Source of the DNA: Okeania sp.
GTDB taxonomy: Bacteria; Cyanobacteriota; Cyanobacteriia; Cyanobacteriales; Microcoleaceae
Assembly (NCBI RefSeq): GCF_035285525.1
Contig: NZ_JAYKGW010000012.1
Span: forward strand, 3,798 to 35,797
Direction: 5' to 3'
Length of the DNA: 32,000 nucleotides
Of this stretch, positions 10,091 through 21,257 are shown one piece after another. The translations under genes were made by a program, and so were the position numbers. The notes beneath the pieces are model-generated. The model ran no database searches, was not told the DNA's origin, and saw only the letters and a program-made list of their open reading frames with translations. The number at the start of each line of letters is the position of its first letter. The first letter of the stretch is position 1.

Positions 10091-10333
10091 TAATTCTGAA
10101 GTTGTTCTATAGCACTAGCAAACTTTTGCTTCATATTTTATGTTTGCTAAAGTGCTAAAACAAATAATCTTTATAGCAGTTGAAGCCAAAGTTAGGATGT
10201 TTTGGAATCCTGTTTATGGAGGATTTCTCTATACGAAAAACTCTTTGATTTTGTGCGATTAACTGTTCCCTGTTCCCTATCCCCTAGCGCGTAGCGCTAT
10301 CAAACTAAAAAAATAATCAACTACAACTACTAA

Positions 10334-11983
<1,650 letters not shown>

Positions 11984-11996
11984 ATTTTTTGAAGAT

Positions 11997-12036
11997 GGGG
12001 AACAATTCCCAAATTGTTCCCCCTTGATTTTTTTTG
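11997..12036 (+). terminator. Rho-independent terminator of groESL
   Basis: An 11-bp perfect stem, ggggaacaatt / aattgttcccc, with a 4-nt loop is followed a few nt later by T8 (12028-12035). It starts 14 nt after the groEL stop. Confidence 0.8.
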
Positions 12037-12109
12037 TCAGAACTCACGCAAAGAAACCCGGTTCCTACAAGGAACCGGGTTTATCGGTTCCCGTGGCTTT
12101 AGTCCTGAA

Positions 12110-13625
12110 ATAATCAGGACTTACGCACAGACACTATATATAGTGCATAGCAAGTAGAGCGATCGCTATGATTTTTAGAGAGTGATACGGCTAAGGCCAC
12201 GCTCCGCGAACGCCCAGTATTTCTGATACTATCTATATCCATAAAACTTAAATAACTGTCATTTTAATTGCAGGATGTTTGAGTTCTGATACTAGATATT
12301 TAGATAATAATTGATGTTTGAGTTGCTCAGTAGTCTTCCCCATAATGTATGCCATTTTTTTTCAATGATTCCAGACCAACATGGCACAAGCAATATGATT
12401 TTTTTTGAATTTTGGCTCGACGACACTGGCAAAATTATATTCCCGTTAACTGCTTTATTTCTCTATAAAATTATTCGATTTTCTATCTAGTTTGTGACTC
12501 AAATTATACATCATCTTTAGAAAACTGACTTAAGTCATTAGTCACAATGTATTCTTTCCTCTTGGCAGAAATAGTAACCCAGAATAGCTTGAATTTTTTA
12601 TCCCTTGGAAAACCTTTAATTTTTATTATTTTACCGGATCTTTTTTCTGATTCATTCCAACTTAACGCAGAAATATTTTTATATTTTTCTACACCTCCAG
12701 TATCATCTACATACGCGATTCATTTTCAATGGACAATAATAAATTTTCCTTAAATTATCTATCAATGCTATTAATCTTTGCGTTGCATACCAACTATCCA
12801 TTAATACAGTTTTAAATCGTAATTTCTTCTTATTTATCACATCTAATATCATTTATTCAACATTATCTGTTTTAGTTCTTTGATTGTTATCTGGATCATA
12901 AATACGATAATGTATTATCCAAAACTGTTCACTTTCAGGATGAAAATAGATACAATTAACTATTCCTATACCCAGAGTCACCTGATGTTCATTACCACTG
13001 TATTATCCTCCCACAAGTTCAATTTTTTGGGCATATTTTTTCTTGATAACTGTATCATCAAAAATTAGGTATCCCTCTAGGGTTTTGACAATTTCTCCTT
13101 TCCCATTTCGCCATAAATCTTTTCAACTCAAGTTTTCCATTTTTAAATAACGGTTTATTCTATCATGGCTAACTTTTTCTATATGGTTTGCTAAATTTGT
13201 AATGGTATAATTTGTATGATAATTCAGTAGATATTGGTATGGTATCAACATAGTTGAAATTCATATTATTAACTCAAATCAACAATAACACTATTCTCTA
13301 ATAGTTAGAGTTTTTTTGGCAAGGTTTATTTACCTTGAATTACACTGGTAAAAATCAACTATACCTCAGTATTAAGTCCTGTTGATTTTTGATGGGGACA
13401 AAATCAGTAATGGTTAGCGATCACTATACCTAATATACTCTGTATATAATGTCATGCTTAAAAGCATGACACTATATATACTGTATTTATGTCAGTCCCG
13501 ATCATGATACTTATTTTGAGGCGATCCCGGAGCGTGGCCTTAGCCTTATCGCTCTCTAAAAATCATAGCGCTCGCTCTACTGACTATACGCTATATATAG
13601 TGTCTTTGCGTAAGTCCTGATTATT
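12110..13625 (-). mobile_element. Degenerate IS4/IS701-like insertion sequence bounded by about 97-bp imperfect inverted repeats
   Basis: The left arm (12110-12206, aataatcaggacttacgcacagacactatatatagtg...ggctaaggccacgctccg) is the reverse complement of the right arm (13528-13625) with a few mismatches. Decayed transposase frames lie between them. Confidence 0.8.
12250..13264 (-). pseudogene. DDE transposase (IS4/IS701-like), with multiple frameshifts and stops
   Basis: Minus-strand hand translation gives MNFNYVDTIPISTE..., LANHIEKVSHDRINRYLK, EGYLIFDDTVIKKKYAQKIELV, YSGNEHQVTLGIGIVNCIYF, FWIIHYRIYDPDN, MILDVINKKKLRFKTVLMDSWYAT and ...KQLTG...CQCR. These are spread over three frames with in-frame stops. 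Boundaries are approximate. Confidence 0.7.
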
Positions 13626-13788
13626 TATATTTTTTAAATTGTTTAAGCTATATTAAGATTGCTATATTAGATAAAAAGTAGCGGAAGGAAGATTACAAAA
13701 CCACTAACTTGAAATCTCTTGTAGTGATAAACACCTAAATTAATTCCGATACATAATCCCAGTTAATTTAACCATATTTTAGAAAGAA

Positions 13789-16770
13789 ATGGTAACAGAA
13801 ACATCTGATAGCAACTACGAAACTAAAACCCAGGAAATAGCTAAACAACTCTTGACAGTCACCAAAGAAAAAAACAGTTCTTTTTTAGGTCAACTGCAAA
13901 ATCAAATGCGGTGGGATGATAAACTCCTTGACTGGGCAATGAGTAACCCGGGTTTGCGAGTACAACTATTTCGTTTTATTGACTGTTTACCAGCACTAAG
14001 TAATAAACCAGAAATAGCTGCTCACCTCCAAGAATATTTGACTACGGAAGAGGTCGAACTTCCGGAAGCTCTAAAAAAACTTCTCAATTTTGCTAACCCA
14101 GACTCTGTTCCTGGTAAACTAGCAGCTACCACTGTTGCACCCGCAGTTGAAACCCTCGCTCATAAATACATTGCTGGGGAGAATATCAAGCAAATTATCA
14201 AAACTCTAGAAAAATTACGGAAGGATAAAATGTGCTTTACTGTAGACCTCCTGGGGGAAGCAGTGATTACGGAAACTGAAGCACAGTTATATTTAGCTCG
14301 TTATTTGGAACTGATGAGTGAACTTTCTCAAGGTGCTAATAAGTGGTCATCAGTTCCCCAGATAGATGAAGCAGAAGGGGAAAAACTGCCACGAGTACAG
14401 GTATCGGTAAAACTGACAGCATTTTATTCTCAGTTCGATCCTCTTGATGTTAAAGGTAGTCAAGAAAGAGTTAGCGCTCGCGCCCGCACTTTGCTCAGAC
14501 GTGCCGAAGAACTTGGTGTAGCAGTTCACTTTGATATGGAGCAATACACCTACAAAGATTTGACTATTGCTATTCTCAAAGAATTGTTAATGGAAGAAGA
14601 GTTCTGCAACCGTAGTGATATTGGTGTTACTATTCAAGCATATTTGCGGGATAGTGAAAAAGACTTGCAGGGTATTATTGATTGGGCAAAAGTTCGTAGT
14701 TTTCCTGTGACTGTTCGCCTCGTTAAAGGAGCGTATTGGGATCAAGAAACTATTAATGCTTTACAAAATGACTGGCCGCAACCAGTATTTAACGATAAAT
14801 CTGAAACTGATGCTAATTTTGAAAAGCTGACTCAGATGATGTTAGAAAATCATCAATATATTTATTCTGCTATTGGTAGTCATAATGTTCGTTCTCAAGC
14901 CAAGGCGATCGCTCTAGCGGAAAGTCTCAAAGTTCCTCAACGTTGTTTTGAAATGCAGGTTCTCTATGGTATGGGCGACCAAATAGCGAAAGCATTAGTC
15001 GATAGAGGTTATCGAGTTCGCGTTTATTGCCCTTACGGCGACTTATTACCAGGAATGTCATATTTGATTCGTCGTCTTTTAGAAAATACTGCTAACAGTT
15101 CATTCCTCCGACAAAGTTCAGAAAATCGACCTATCGAAGAATTATTGGCAGCACCTACGACTAATGGTAAGACTACAATACACGATCTTGTTAAACCAGT
15201 TTTTCCCAATGTTGCCGATAGCGATTACGCTAACGCCCAACAACGACAACAAGCTTTTGATGGTATTGCTAAAGCGCGACTACAGTTAGGAAAAACTTAT
15301 CTGCCAATTATTAATGGTGAATATACAAATACTGCACAAATAGTTGATTCTGTCAACCCATCAAACCCCAGAGAAGTTGTTGGTAAAATTGGTTTAATTT
15401 CTGTGGAACAAGCAGAAAAAGCAATTCAAGCAGCCAAAGCAGCATTTCCAGGTTGGAAAAAAACACCAGTTCAGGAACGGACAGGGATATTACGCAAAGC
15501 TGCTGACTTAATGGAAAAACGTCGTCACGAACTGACAGCATGGATGGTTTTAGAAGTTGGGAAACCACTTAACCAGTGTAATGCAGAAGTTTCTGAAGCT
15601 ATAGATTTTTGTCGTTATTATGCTGATGAAATGGAACGGTTGGAGCATGGTTATAAATATGATGTCGCTGGAGAAACTGACCGTTATCATTATCAACCTC
15701 GTGGTATTTCTCTGGTAATTTCACCTTGGAATTTTCCTCTTGCTATTCCTACGGGAATGACGGTTGCATCTTTAGTGACTGGTAACTGCACATTGTTAAA
15801 ACCTGCGGAGGTGTCATCAGTTATTGCCTCCAAAATTGCTGAAATTTTGGTAGAAGCAGGTTTTCCTAAAGGGGTATTTCAGTTTGTTCCCGGTAAGGGT
15901 TCCACAGTAGGTGATTTTATGGTGAAGCACCCAGATGTGAATAGTATTACTTTTACTGGTTCCCAGGAAGTAGGTTGTCATATTTATGCTCAAGCTGCTA
16001 TTTTGCGACCGGGGCAAAAACATCTGAAGCGAGTTATTGCGGAAATGGGTGGTAAAAATGCAATTATCGTGGATGAAAGTGCTGACCTTGACCAAGCAGT
16101 TGCTGGGGTTGTACATTCTGCTTTTGGATATAGTGGACAGAAATGTTCTGCTTGTTCGCGGGTTGTGGTTTTAAGACCAATTTATGATACTTTTGTCAGT
16201 CGGTTAGTTGAAGCGACGCGATCGCTAAATATAGGAGATGCGGAGAAACCTAGTACCCAAGTTGGTCCGGTTATTGATGAGAAAGCACAAAAGCGGATTC
16301 AGGAATATATTGCTATCGGTAAGCAGGAGGCCGAGGTTGCTATTGAGATGAGTGCGCCAGAGGATGGTTATTTTGTTGGTCCTGTGGTATTTAAAGATGT
16401 GTCACCGGATGGGACTATTGCTCAGGAGGAAATATTCGGTCCGGTATTAGCAGTGATGAAAGCAAAGGATTTTTCTGAGGCGCTAGAAATTGCTAACGGA
16501 ACGAATTTTGCTTTGACTGGTGGGTTGTATTCTCGGACTCCTTCTCACATTGAACGAGCGAAAGCAGAATTTGAAGTGGGAAATTTATATATTAATCGTG
16601 GGATTACCGGAGCGATCATTTCCAGGCAACCTTTTGGTGGGTTTAAGTTATCTGGTGTCGGTTCAAAAGCAGGAGGTCCTGATTATTTACTACAATTTTT
16701 GGAACCGCGCACAATAACAGAGAATCTGCAACGGCAAGGTTTTGCTCCTATTGAGGGTGTGGATAGTTAA
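13789..16770 (+). CDS. putA: Bifunctional proline dehydrogenase / L-glutamate-gamma-semialdehyde (P5C) dehydrogenase
   Basis: 993 aa. The N-terminal half is a PRODH TIM barrel (VRLVKGAYWD, YGMGD, LIRRLLENTANSSF). The C-terminal half is an aldehyde dehydrogenase (ISPWNFPLAI, EMGGKN, GQKCSACSR, EEIFGPVL). Confidence 0.95.
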   Translation: MVTETSDSNYETKTQEIAKQLLTVTKEKNSSFLGQLQNQMRWDDKLLDWAMSNPGLRVQLFRFIDCLPALSNKPEIAAHLQEYLTTEEVELPEALKKLLNFANPDSVPGKLAATTVAPAVETLAHKYIAGENIKQIIKTLEKLRKDKMCFTVDLLGEAVITETEAQLYLARYLELMSELSQGANKWSSVPQIDEAEGEKLPRVQVSVKLTAFYSQFDPLDVKGSQERVSARARTLLRRAEELGVAVHFDMEQYTYKDLTIAILKELLMEEEFCNRSDIGVTIQAYLRDSEKDLQGIIDWAKVRSFPVTVRLVKGAYWDQETINALQNDWPQPVFNDKSETDANFEKLTQMMLENHQYIYSAIGSHNVRSQAKAIALAESLKVPQRCFEMQVLYGMGDQIAKALVDRGYRVRVYCPYGDLLPGMSYLIRRLLENTANSSFLRQSSENRPIEELLAAPTTNGKTTIHDLVKPVFPNVADSDYANAQQRQQAFDGIAKARLQLGKTYLPIINGEYTNTAQIVDSVNPSNPREVVGKIGLISVEQAEKAIQAAKAAFPGWKKTPVQERTGILRKAADLMEKRRHELTAWMVLEVGKPLNQCNAEVSEAIDFCRYYADEMERLEHGYKYDVAGETDRYHYQPRGISLVISPWNFPLAIPTGMTVASLVTGNCTLLKPAEVSSVIASKIAEILVEAGFPKGVFQFVPGKGSTVGDFMVKHPDVNSITFTGSQEVGCHIYAQAAILRPGQKHLKRVIAEMGGKNAIIVDESADLDQAVAGVVHSAFGYSGQKCSACSRVVVLRPIYDTFVSRLVEATRSLNIGDAEKPSTQVGPVIDEKAQKRIQEYIAIGKQEAEVAIEMSAPEDGYFVGPVVFKDVSPDGTIAQEEIFGPVLAVMKAKDFSEALEIANGTNFALTGGLYSRTPSHIERAKAEFEVGNLYINRGITGAIISRQPFGGFKLSGVGSKAGGPDYLLQFLEPRTITENLQRQGFAPIEGVDS

Positions 16771-17100
16771 AATTAAAAAGGACTGATGCAAAGAAACCCG
16801 GTTTCTAGGATAAATCGTTGTTTTGAGCAATAGATGTCTACGCTAGTACCGGGTTTCTGGGTTCACATGGCTTTAGTCCTGATTAAAAATGACTTACCCA
16901 TAAACGCTATTAGTAGTGGAGTGTTTCATCTAAAATGGTGCAATAGTAGGGGCGGGTTTTAGCAATAATTTTGATACTTACAGGATTTACGCAAAATATC
17001 AGGTCAGACACCATCTGTAGGGGCGAACGGCCGTTCGCCCCTACTTCTTTCTTACCTTCTTTATATAATACTGGTGCCACCGGACATGATATCAGGATTT

Positions 17101-17261
17101 GTAGGAGCGGGTTACGGTTCCCGAAAAATCACAACGAAAGTTAACGAGTTTTCACGGACTGAGTCAGATAAACCCGCCCCATAATATAAGTCGCCGTCTC
17201 AGGGGCGGGTTTATGTAAATCCTAGAGTAAGCATGAAAATTTCCTGAGAAACCCGCCCCTA
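17101..17261. mobile_element. Second copy of the GTAGG.GCGGGTT...AAACCCGCCCCTAC MITE-like element
   Basis: It is collinear with 9004-9165 and has the same internal segment (cggttcccgaaaaatcacaacgaaagttaa.gagttttc...). Spurious ORF 17164-17379 lies across it. Confidence 0.75.
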
Positions 17262-17477
17262 CCCCATGCACTATTTTAGATGAAACAATCCAGTAGGGTG
17301 TGTTAGCGTACTTCCTAACGCACCGAAACTCTATATTACAGCGCTTTTCACTTTTTATGAACCACATCGCCATAAACAAAACCTTGTAGAGACGTTGTAT
17401 GCAATGTCCCTACTGTAGCAATGTTCCTACTGTAGTTTACCAAAATGAAAATCGCTGTAAGTCTGGGTAAGTTAATT

Positions 17478-20279
17478 TCAGTGCCAGTTACTAACCGTCA
17501 ATAACTTATCTGCATATAACTTAACAGTTGCAGGACAAAACATCAAATGATGGTCACAATTTTCAGGGGATTTATCAACAAAATCCAGTTTTAAAATACC
17601 TGTATTTAAGTCTAAAGTTTCTTCTGTGAAATCTCGATAAGTGATTTGATATTCCTGACAGAATCCTTTTAAAATTTCGTTAAATTTTAAGCTTCTTTTT
17701 GTTCTTTCAACTATTGGTGGTAAAACGTTAGTTAGTTGGGCAACAATTTGATTAATTATTGTATCTATTGATTTTGAATTATTTGGATTTATGATTCTAT
17801 CAGTAATTATATTGACAACATTCTTGACTGCATTACGATGTACAAAAATGGAAGGTAAATTAGCTCCAAAAACCACGAGTTTTTCTATTTCAACTTCAAG
17901 AGAGGTTAAAAAATCAAAATAAATAGAAGCAATGTTTTGTGCAAAATCTTCAAATTTAACATTTTCTCCCTTCATTATTAATTTGTAATAATATCCATAC
18001 TCAATATCAACTTGCCCCAATTTGAAAATAAATTTATCAAAGGATTTAGATTCAACAATATGCCTAACTAAATTAGAAGTATTGAGAGTAGATTCCCGTT
18101 TGCCAAAACCGGCAACTGAAGCGGCTGGAATCGAATAGACAACTACATCTAAATTTTCATATTTTTGTATAAACAAACCAGAATGAGAACTACCAAGTAT
18201 AATGTATTTTTTATCTGATTTACTAGGATTATCGTTAATGCCTTTCCATAATTTGGTTAGATTAAATCTTTGATAATTTTTAGTATGTAATTCCCAATAG
18301 CTATTCAAAGCTTCCCTAAGTCGATTTTGTTTGCTGAGAAATTGAGCGTATCCTGGCGATCGCTCAATTGATGGTTTAAGAGTAATGGCTTTTTTATAAT
18401 AAATTTCAGCTTCAGATAAATTACCTTTACTTTCAACAATTAAATTAGCCAAAGTAGAATATAAATTAGGATGAATATTGATAGATATTGACTCTTTTAA
18501 CAGCACTATAGCCTCTTCAACTTTTCCTATTCTAGACAACAAACCTGCTAAACCAGTGTAAGCTCCCACTAATTTTGGGTTAAGAGCGATCGCTTGACGG
18601 TATATTTTCTCTGCTTCCTCGAATTGATAATTTGCTACCAAAGCACCAGCTAAAGTCAGATAAAAGTTATGTGACTGGGGATTTAATTTAATAGCTTGAC
18701 GATAAGCAGTAATAGCTTCTGGCAATAGAGTCCAACTTTTACTTTTTAGGGCATTTCCTAAATGCAAATAACTAGAAGCGGCTTGAGGATGAGACTGTAT
18801 TACCTGTTGAAATAGAGAAAGATGAGAAGTCAAAACTGTTTCAGCCAATTCTAATTTTCCTAACTGAGTTAGTGTTTTAGCTAACTGGAGATAAGCAGGT
18901 TTATGTTGGGGGAATCTTTCAATTATTTCTTGCCAAGTATTAGCTGCGTTTTCCCAATCCTGAATAGTAGTTAAAATACGAGCCAAACCATCTTTAGCCT
19001 GAAGTTTATAGGGGAATTTTATAGCTAATTGATTAAAAATAATTTCAGCTTCTGCGCATCTTCCTAAATTTAGTAAAACATTCCCTTTTTGTACATAGAA
19101 ATTAAAGTAATGAGGCAAATTATTAATCGCATTTGACCAACGTTCTAAAGCTAAATTCCAATCTGCTAAATTATGAGTTAATCTGGCATAACCTTCATAA
19201 CCATGATGTTGATTAGGAAACTTTTCTATTAATCTTTTAAAAATATCTTCTGCTTCATCAAACCGAGATAAATTTATCAACACATTTCCTTTTTGAACTT
19301 GGAAATTGATATTTTCGGGAAACTTTTCTATAGCATTTGACCAACGTTCTAAAGCTAAATTCCAATCTGCTAAATTATGATTTAATCTGGCATAACCTTC
19401 ATAACCATGAGGTTGATTAGGAAACTTTTCTATTAATCTTTTAAAAATATCTTCTGCTTCATCAAACCGAGATAAATTTATCAACGCATTTCCTTTTTGA
19501 ACTTGGAAATTGATATTTTCGGGAAACTTTTCTATCGCATTTGACCAACGTTCTAAAGCTAAATTCCAATTTGCTAAACTATGAGTTAATCTGGCATAAC
19601 CATGATAACCATCTGGTAATTTGGGATAAACTTTTATTAATTCTTGAAATACCCTTTCTGCTTCCTGAAATCTACTTAAAGTAATTAAATTATTCCCACA
19701 ATTTCGATAAATAGGCATCGGTTGCTGAGGATTGAGAATTAATGCTTGTTGGTAAAACTCAACAGCTTCCCTTATTTTTCCTTCCTTATTTAACTTATCC
19801 CCTTTCTGCACACAATTTTTAGCAATATCTGTTTGCAACCAAGAGATTTTTTGAGTTGCCTTCAAGTGATTTGAATTAAAAGAAAGTATTTTTTGCCAAG
19901 TTGTTAATGCCAGTCCAAAATTCGATTTAGCTTCATAAACTAAAGCTAAAGTTTGATGATAAATTGCCGAATTTGGTTGTAGAGAAATAGCCTTTTGTGA
20001 AGAATTAATCGCCTTATCTAATTTTCCTTCCTTGATTAATGCTTCAGCTAAACTATTGTGGAAGTTAGCAGAATTAGGATTAAATTTAATCGCCTGTCGA
20101 TATTGGGCAATGGCATCAGACCATTTTTCTTCTTGGAAAAACAGTTTACCCAAGTAATAGTAATTCCAAGAAAAATTGGGATTTAATTCGATAATTTTCT
20201 CGTATTCTCGGCGAGAATCATCCAATTTACCTGCGTGAAATAATTGGTTAGCAATTTTGAGAGAGTTAGTGATTGTCAT
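17478..20279 (-). CDS. Large TPR-repeat protein (933 aa) with an unassigned C-terminal domain of about 240 aa
   Basis: TPR signatures (A..Y..AI..NP, W..A...Y..AL.L.P) span about 680 aa. The C-terminal part (KKYIILGSSHSGLF ... KLGQVDIEYGYYY ... FGANLPS ... CDHHLMFCP) is non-TPR, and I recognise no family. Confidence 0.85.
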   Translation of the reverse strand: MTITNSLKIANQLFHAGKLDDSRREYEKIIELNPNFSWNYYYLGKLFFQEEKWSDAIAQYRQAIKFNPNSANFHNSLAEALIKEGKLDKAINSSQKAISLQPNSAIYHQTLALVYEAKSNFGLALTTWQKILSFNSNHLKATQKISWLQTDIAKNCVQKGDKLNKEGKIREAVEFYQQALILNPQQPMPIYRNCGNNLITLSRFQEAERVFQELIKVYPKLPDGYHGYARLTHSLANWNLALERWSNAIEKFPENINFQVQKGNALINLSRFDEAEDIFKRLIEKFPNQPHGYEGYARLNHNLADWNLALERWSNAIEKFPENINFQVQKGNVLINLSRFDEAEDIFKRLIEKFPNQHHGYEGYARLTHNLADWNLALERWSNAINNLPHYFNFYVQKGNVLLNLGRCAEAEIIFNQLAIKFPYKLQAKDGLARILTTIQDWENAANTWQEIIERFPQHKPAYLQLAKTLTQLGKLELAETVLTSHLSLFQQVIQSHPQAASSYLHLGNALKSKSWTLLPEAITAYRQAIKLNPQSHNFYLTLAGALVANYQFEEAEKIYRQAIALNPKLVGAYTGLAGLLSRIGKVEEAIVLLKESISINIHPNLYSTLANLIVESKGNLSEAEIYYKKAITLKPSIERSPGYAQFLSKQNRLREALNSYWELHTKNYQRFNLTKLWKGINDNPSKSDKKYIILGSSHSGLFIQKYENLDVVVYSIPAASVAGFGKRESTLNTSNLVRHIVESKSFDKFIFKLGQVDIEYGYYYKLIMKGENVKFEDFAQNIASIYFDFLTSLEVEIEKLVVFGANLPSIFVHRNAVKNVVNIITDRIINPNNSKSIDTIINQIVAQLTNVLPPIVERTKRSLKFNEILKGFCQEYQITYRDFTEETLDLNTGILKLDFVDKSPENCDHHLMFCPATVKLYADKLLTVSNWH
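19060..19680 (-). repeat. About 3 tandem copies of a 204-bp (68-aa, two-TPR) unit inside the TPR gene
   Basis: catcaaaccgagataaatttatcaac recurs at about 19256 and 19460, and ccaacgttctaaagctaaattccaat recurs at a 204-bp period. The protein repeats SRFDEAEDIFKRLIEKFPNQ.HGYEGYARL.HNLADWNLALERWSNAIEKFPENINFQVQKGN.LINL with only a few substitutions. Confidence 0.9.
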
Positions 20280-20634
20280 ATTAAATAGAAAAGTTTAATA
20301 ACAGACTGCATACCCATATAATCCGATTCTATGTTACTAGGTAACAAGCACCTTTGAATCTTTATTTAACTACCAAAGCAATTTTATCTATTAAATAATT
20401 TTAGAAAAAATGGTGCAATAGCTTATTACTTATTATGAAAAACTTTTATCCTCAAGACCTAATTATTCTTCTCAACTTTTTCTACCTTCTCACACTTCCC
20501 ACCCTCCCCACACTCTCCACCCTCCTCACCCTTCCCACACTCTCAATTTATTTTCCTAAATAAATAGCTATACAGCATGACCCATTGGCATTACAATTAC
20601 ATTAATTGATTTTTAAGAATGGAGGAATGTTTGG

Positions 20635-20940
20635 ATGCCAGAAGCAGTAGGTGTCATAGAAACTATTGGTTTTCCAGGAATCTTAGCTGCTGCAGATGCG
20701 ATGGTCAAAGGTGCCAGAGTTACCTTAGTTTACTTTGACAAAGCCGAAAGAGGCCACTTTGTAGTTGCAGTCCGGGGGCCAACTTCTGAAGTTTATCCTT
20801 CAGTCCAAGCTGGTATTGAGGCAGTCGAAAAAGTCTATGGAGGTATATTGGAAAGTCATTATATTGTTCCTAATCCTCCAGAAAATGTAGAGTCTGTATT
20901 ACCACTGGAATATACAGAAGTGACCGAACAGTTTAGATAA
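20635..20940 (+). CDS. ccmK3: Carboxysome shell protein CcmK3 (BMC-H)
   Basis: The BMC domain is AVGVIETIGFPGILAAADAMVKGARVTLV. The CcmK3-type pore-region replacement is YFDKAERGHFVVAVRGP, and the tail is HYIVPNPPENVESVLPLEYTE. It is paired with ccmK4 downstream, as in other beta-cyanobacteria. Confidence 0.85.
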   Translation: MPEAVGVIETIGFPGILAAADAMVKGARVTLVYFDKAERGHFVVAVRGPTSEVYPSVQAGIEAVEKVYGGILESHYIVPNPPENVESVLPLEYTEVTEQFR

Positions 20941-21257
20941 TTTTTGTCTGAAATTATATTATTTTTTTACTTAAAAATAATTGTATTTATCGCAAAAATC
21001 TAAACTTTTTACAATTAATAATTAGCAATTAGCATTTAGCATTTAGCATTCAGCAATGAAATTTTATAAGGGGATTTTAACTCCTCCTAAACCTTCTGCT
21101 TTAGTTTATAGAAACAGGGTATTTAAACCCAATTCAAAAAGTTGATAGCTGTTGGGAAAGTATTCCGGAATGGAAATACTAAAAGCTGATAACTGATAGC
21201 TGATAGCTGATAGCTAATAGCTGACAAATTCTTAACTTAAATTTAGGAGAAATAATA

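Noticed and set aside
12547..13068. Plus-strand ORFs 12547-12753 and 12880-13068
   Set aside because: They are antisense to the recognisable, though broken, transposase reading frames. They are AT-rich with nonsense-like composition.
17164..17379. 71-aa ORF on the minus strand
   Set aside because: It lies across the 17101-17261 MITE copy and adjacent repeat modules. Its equivalent in the other copy is not open.
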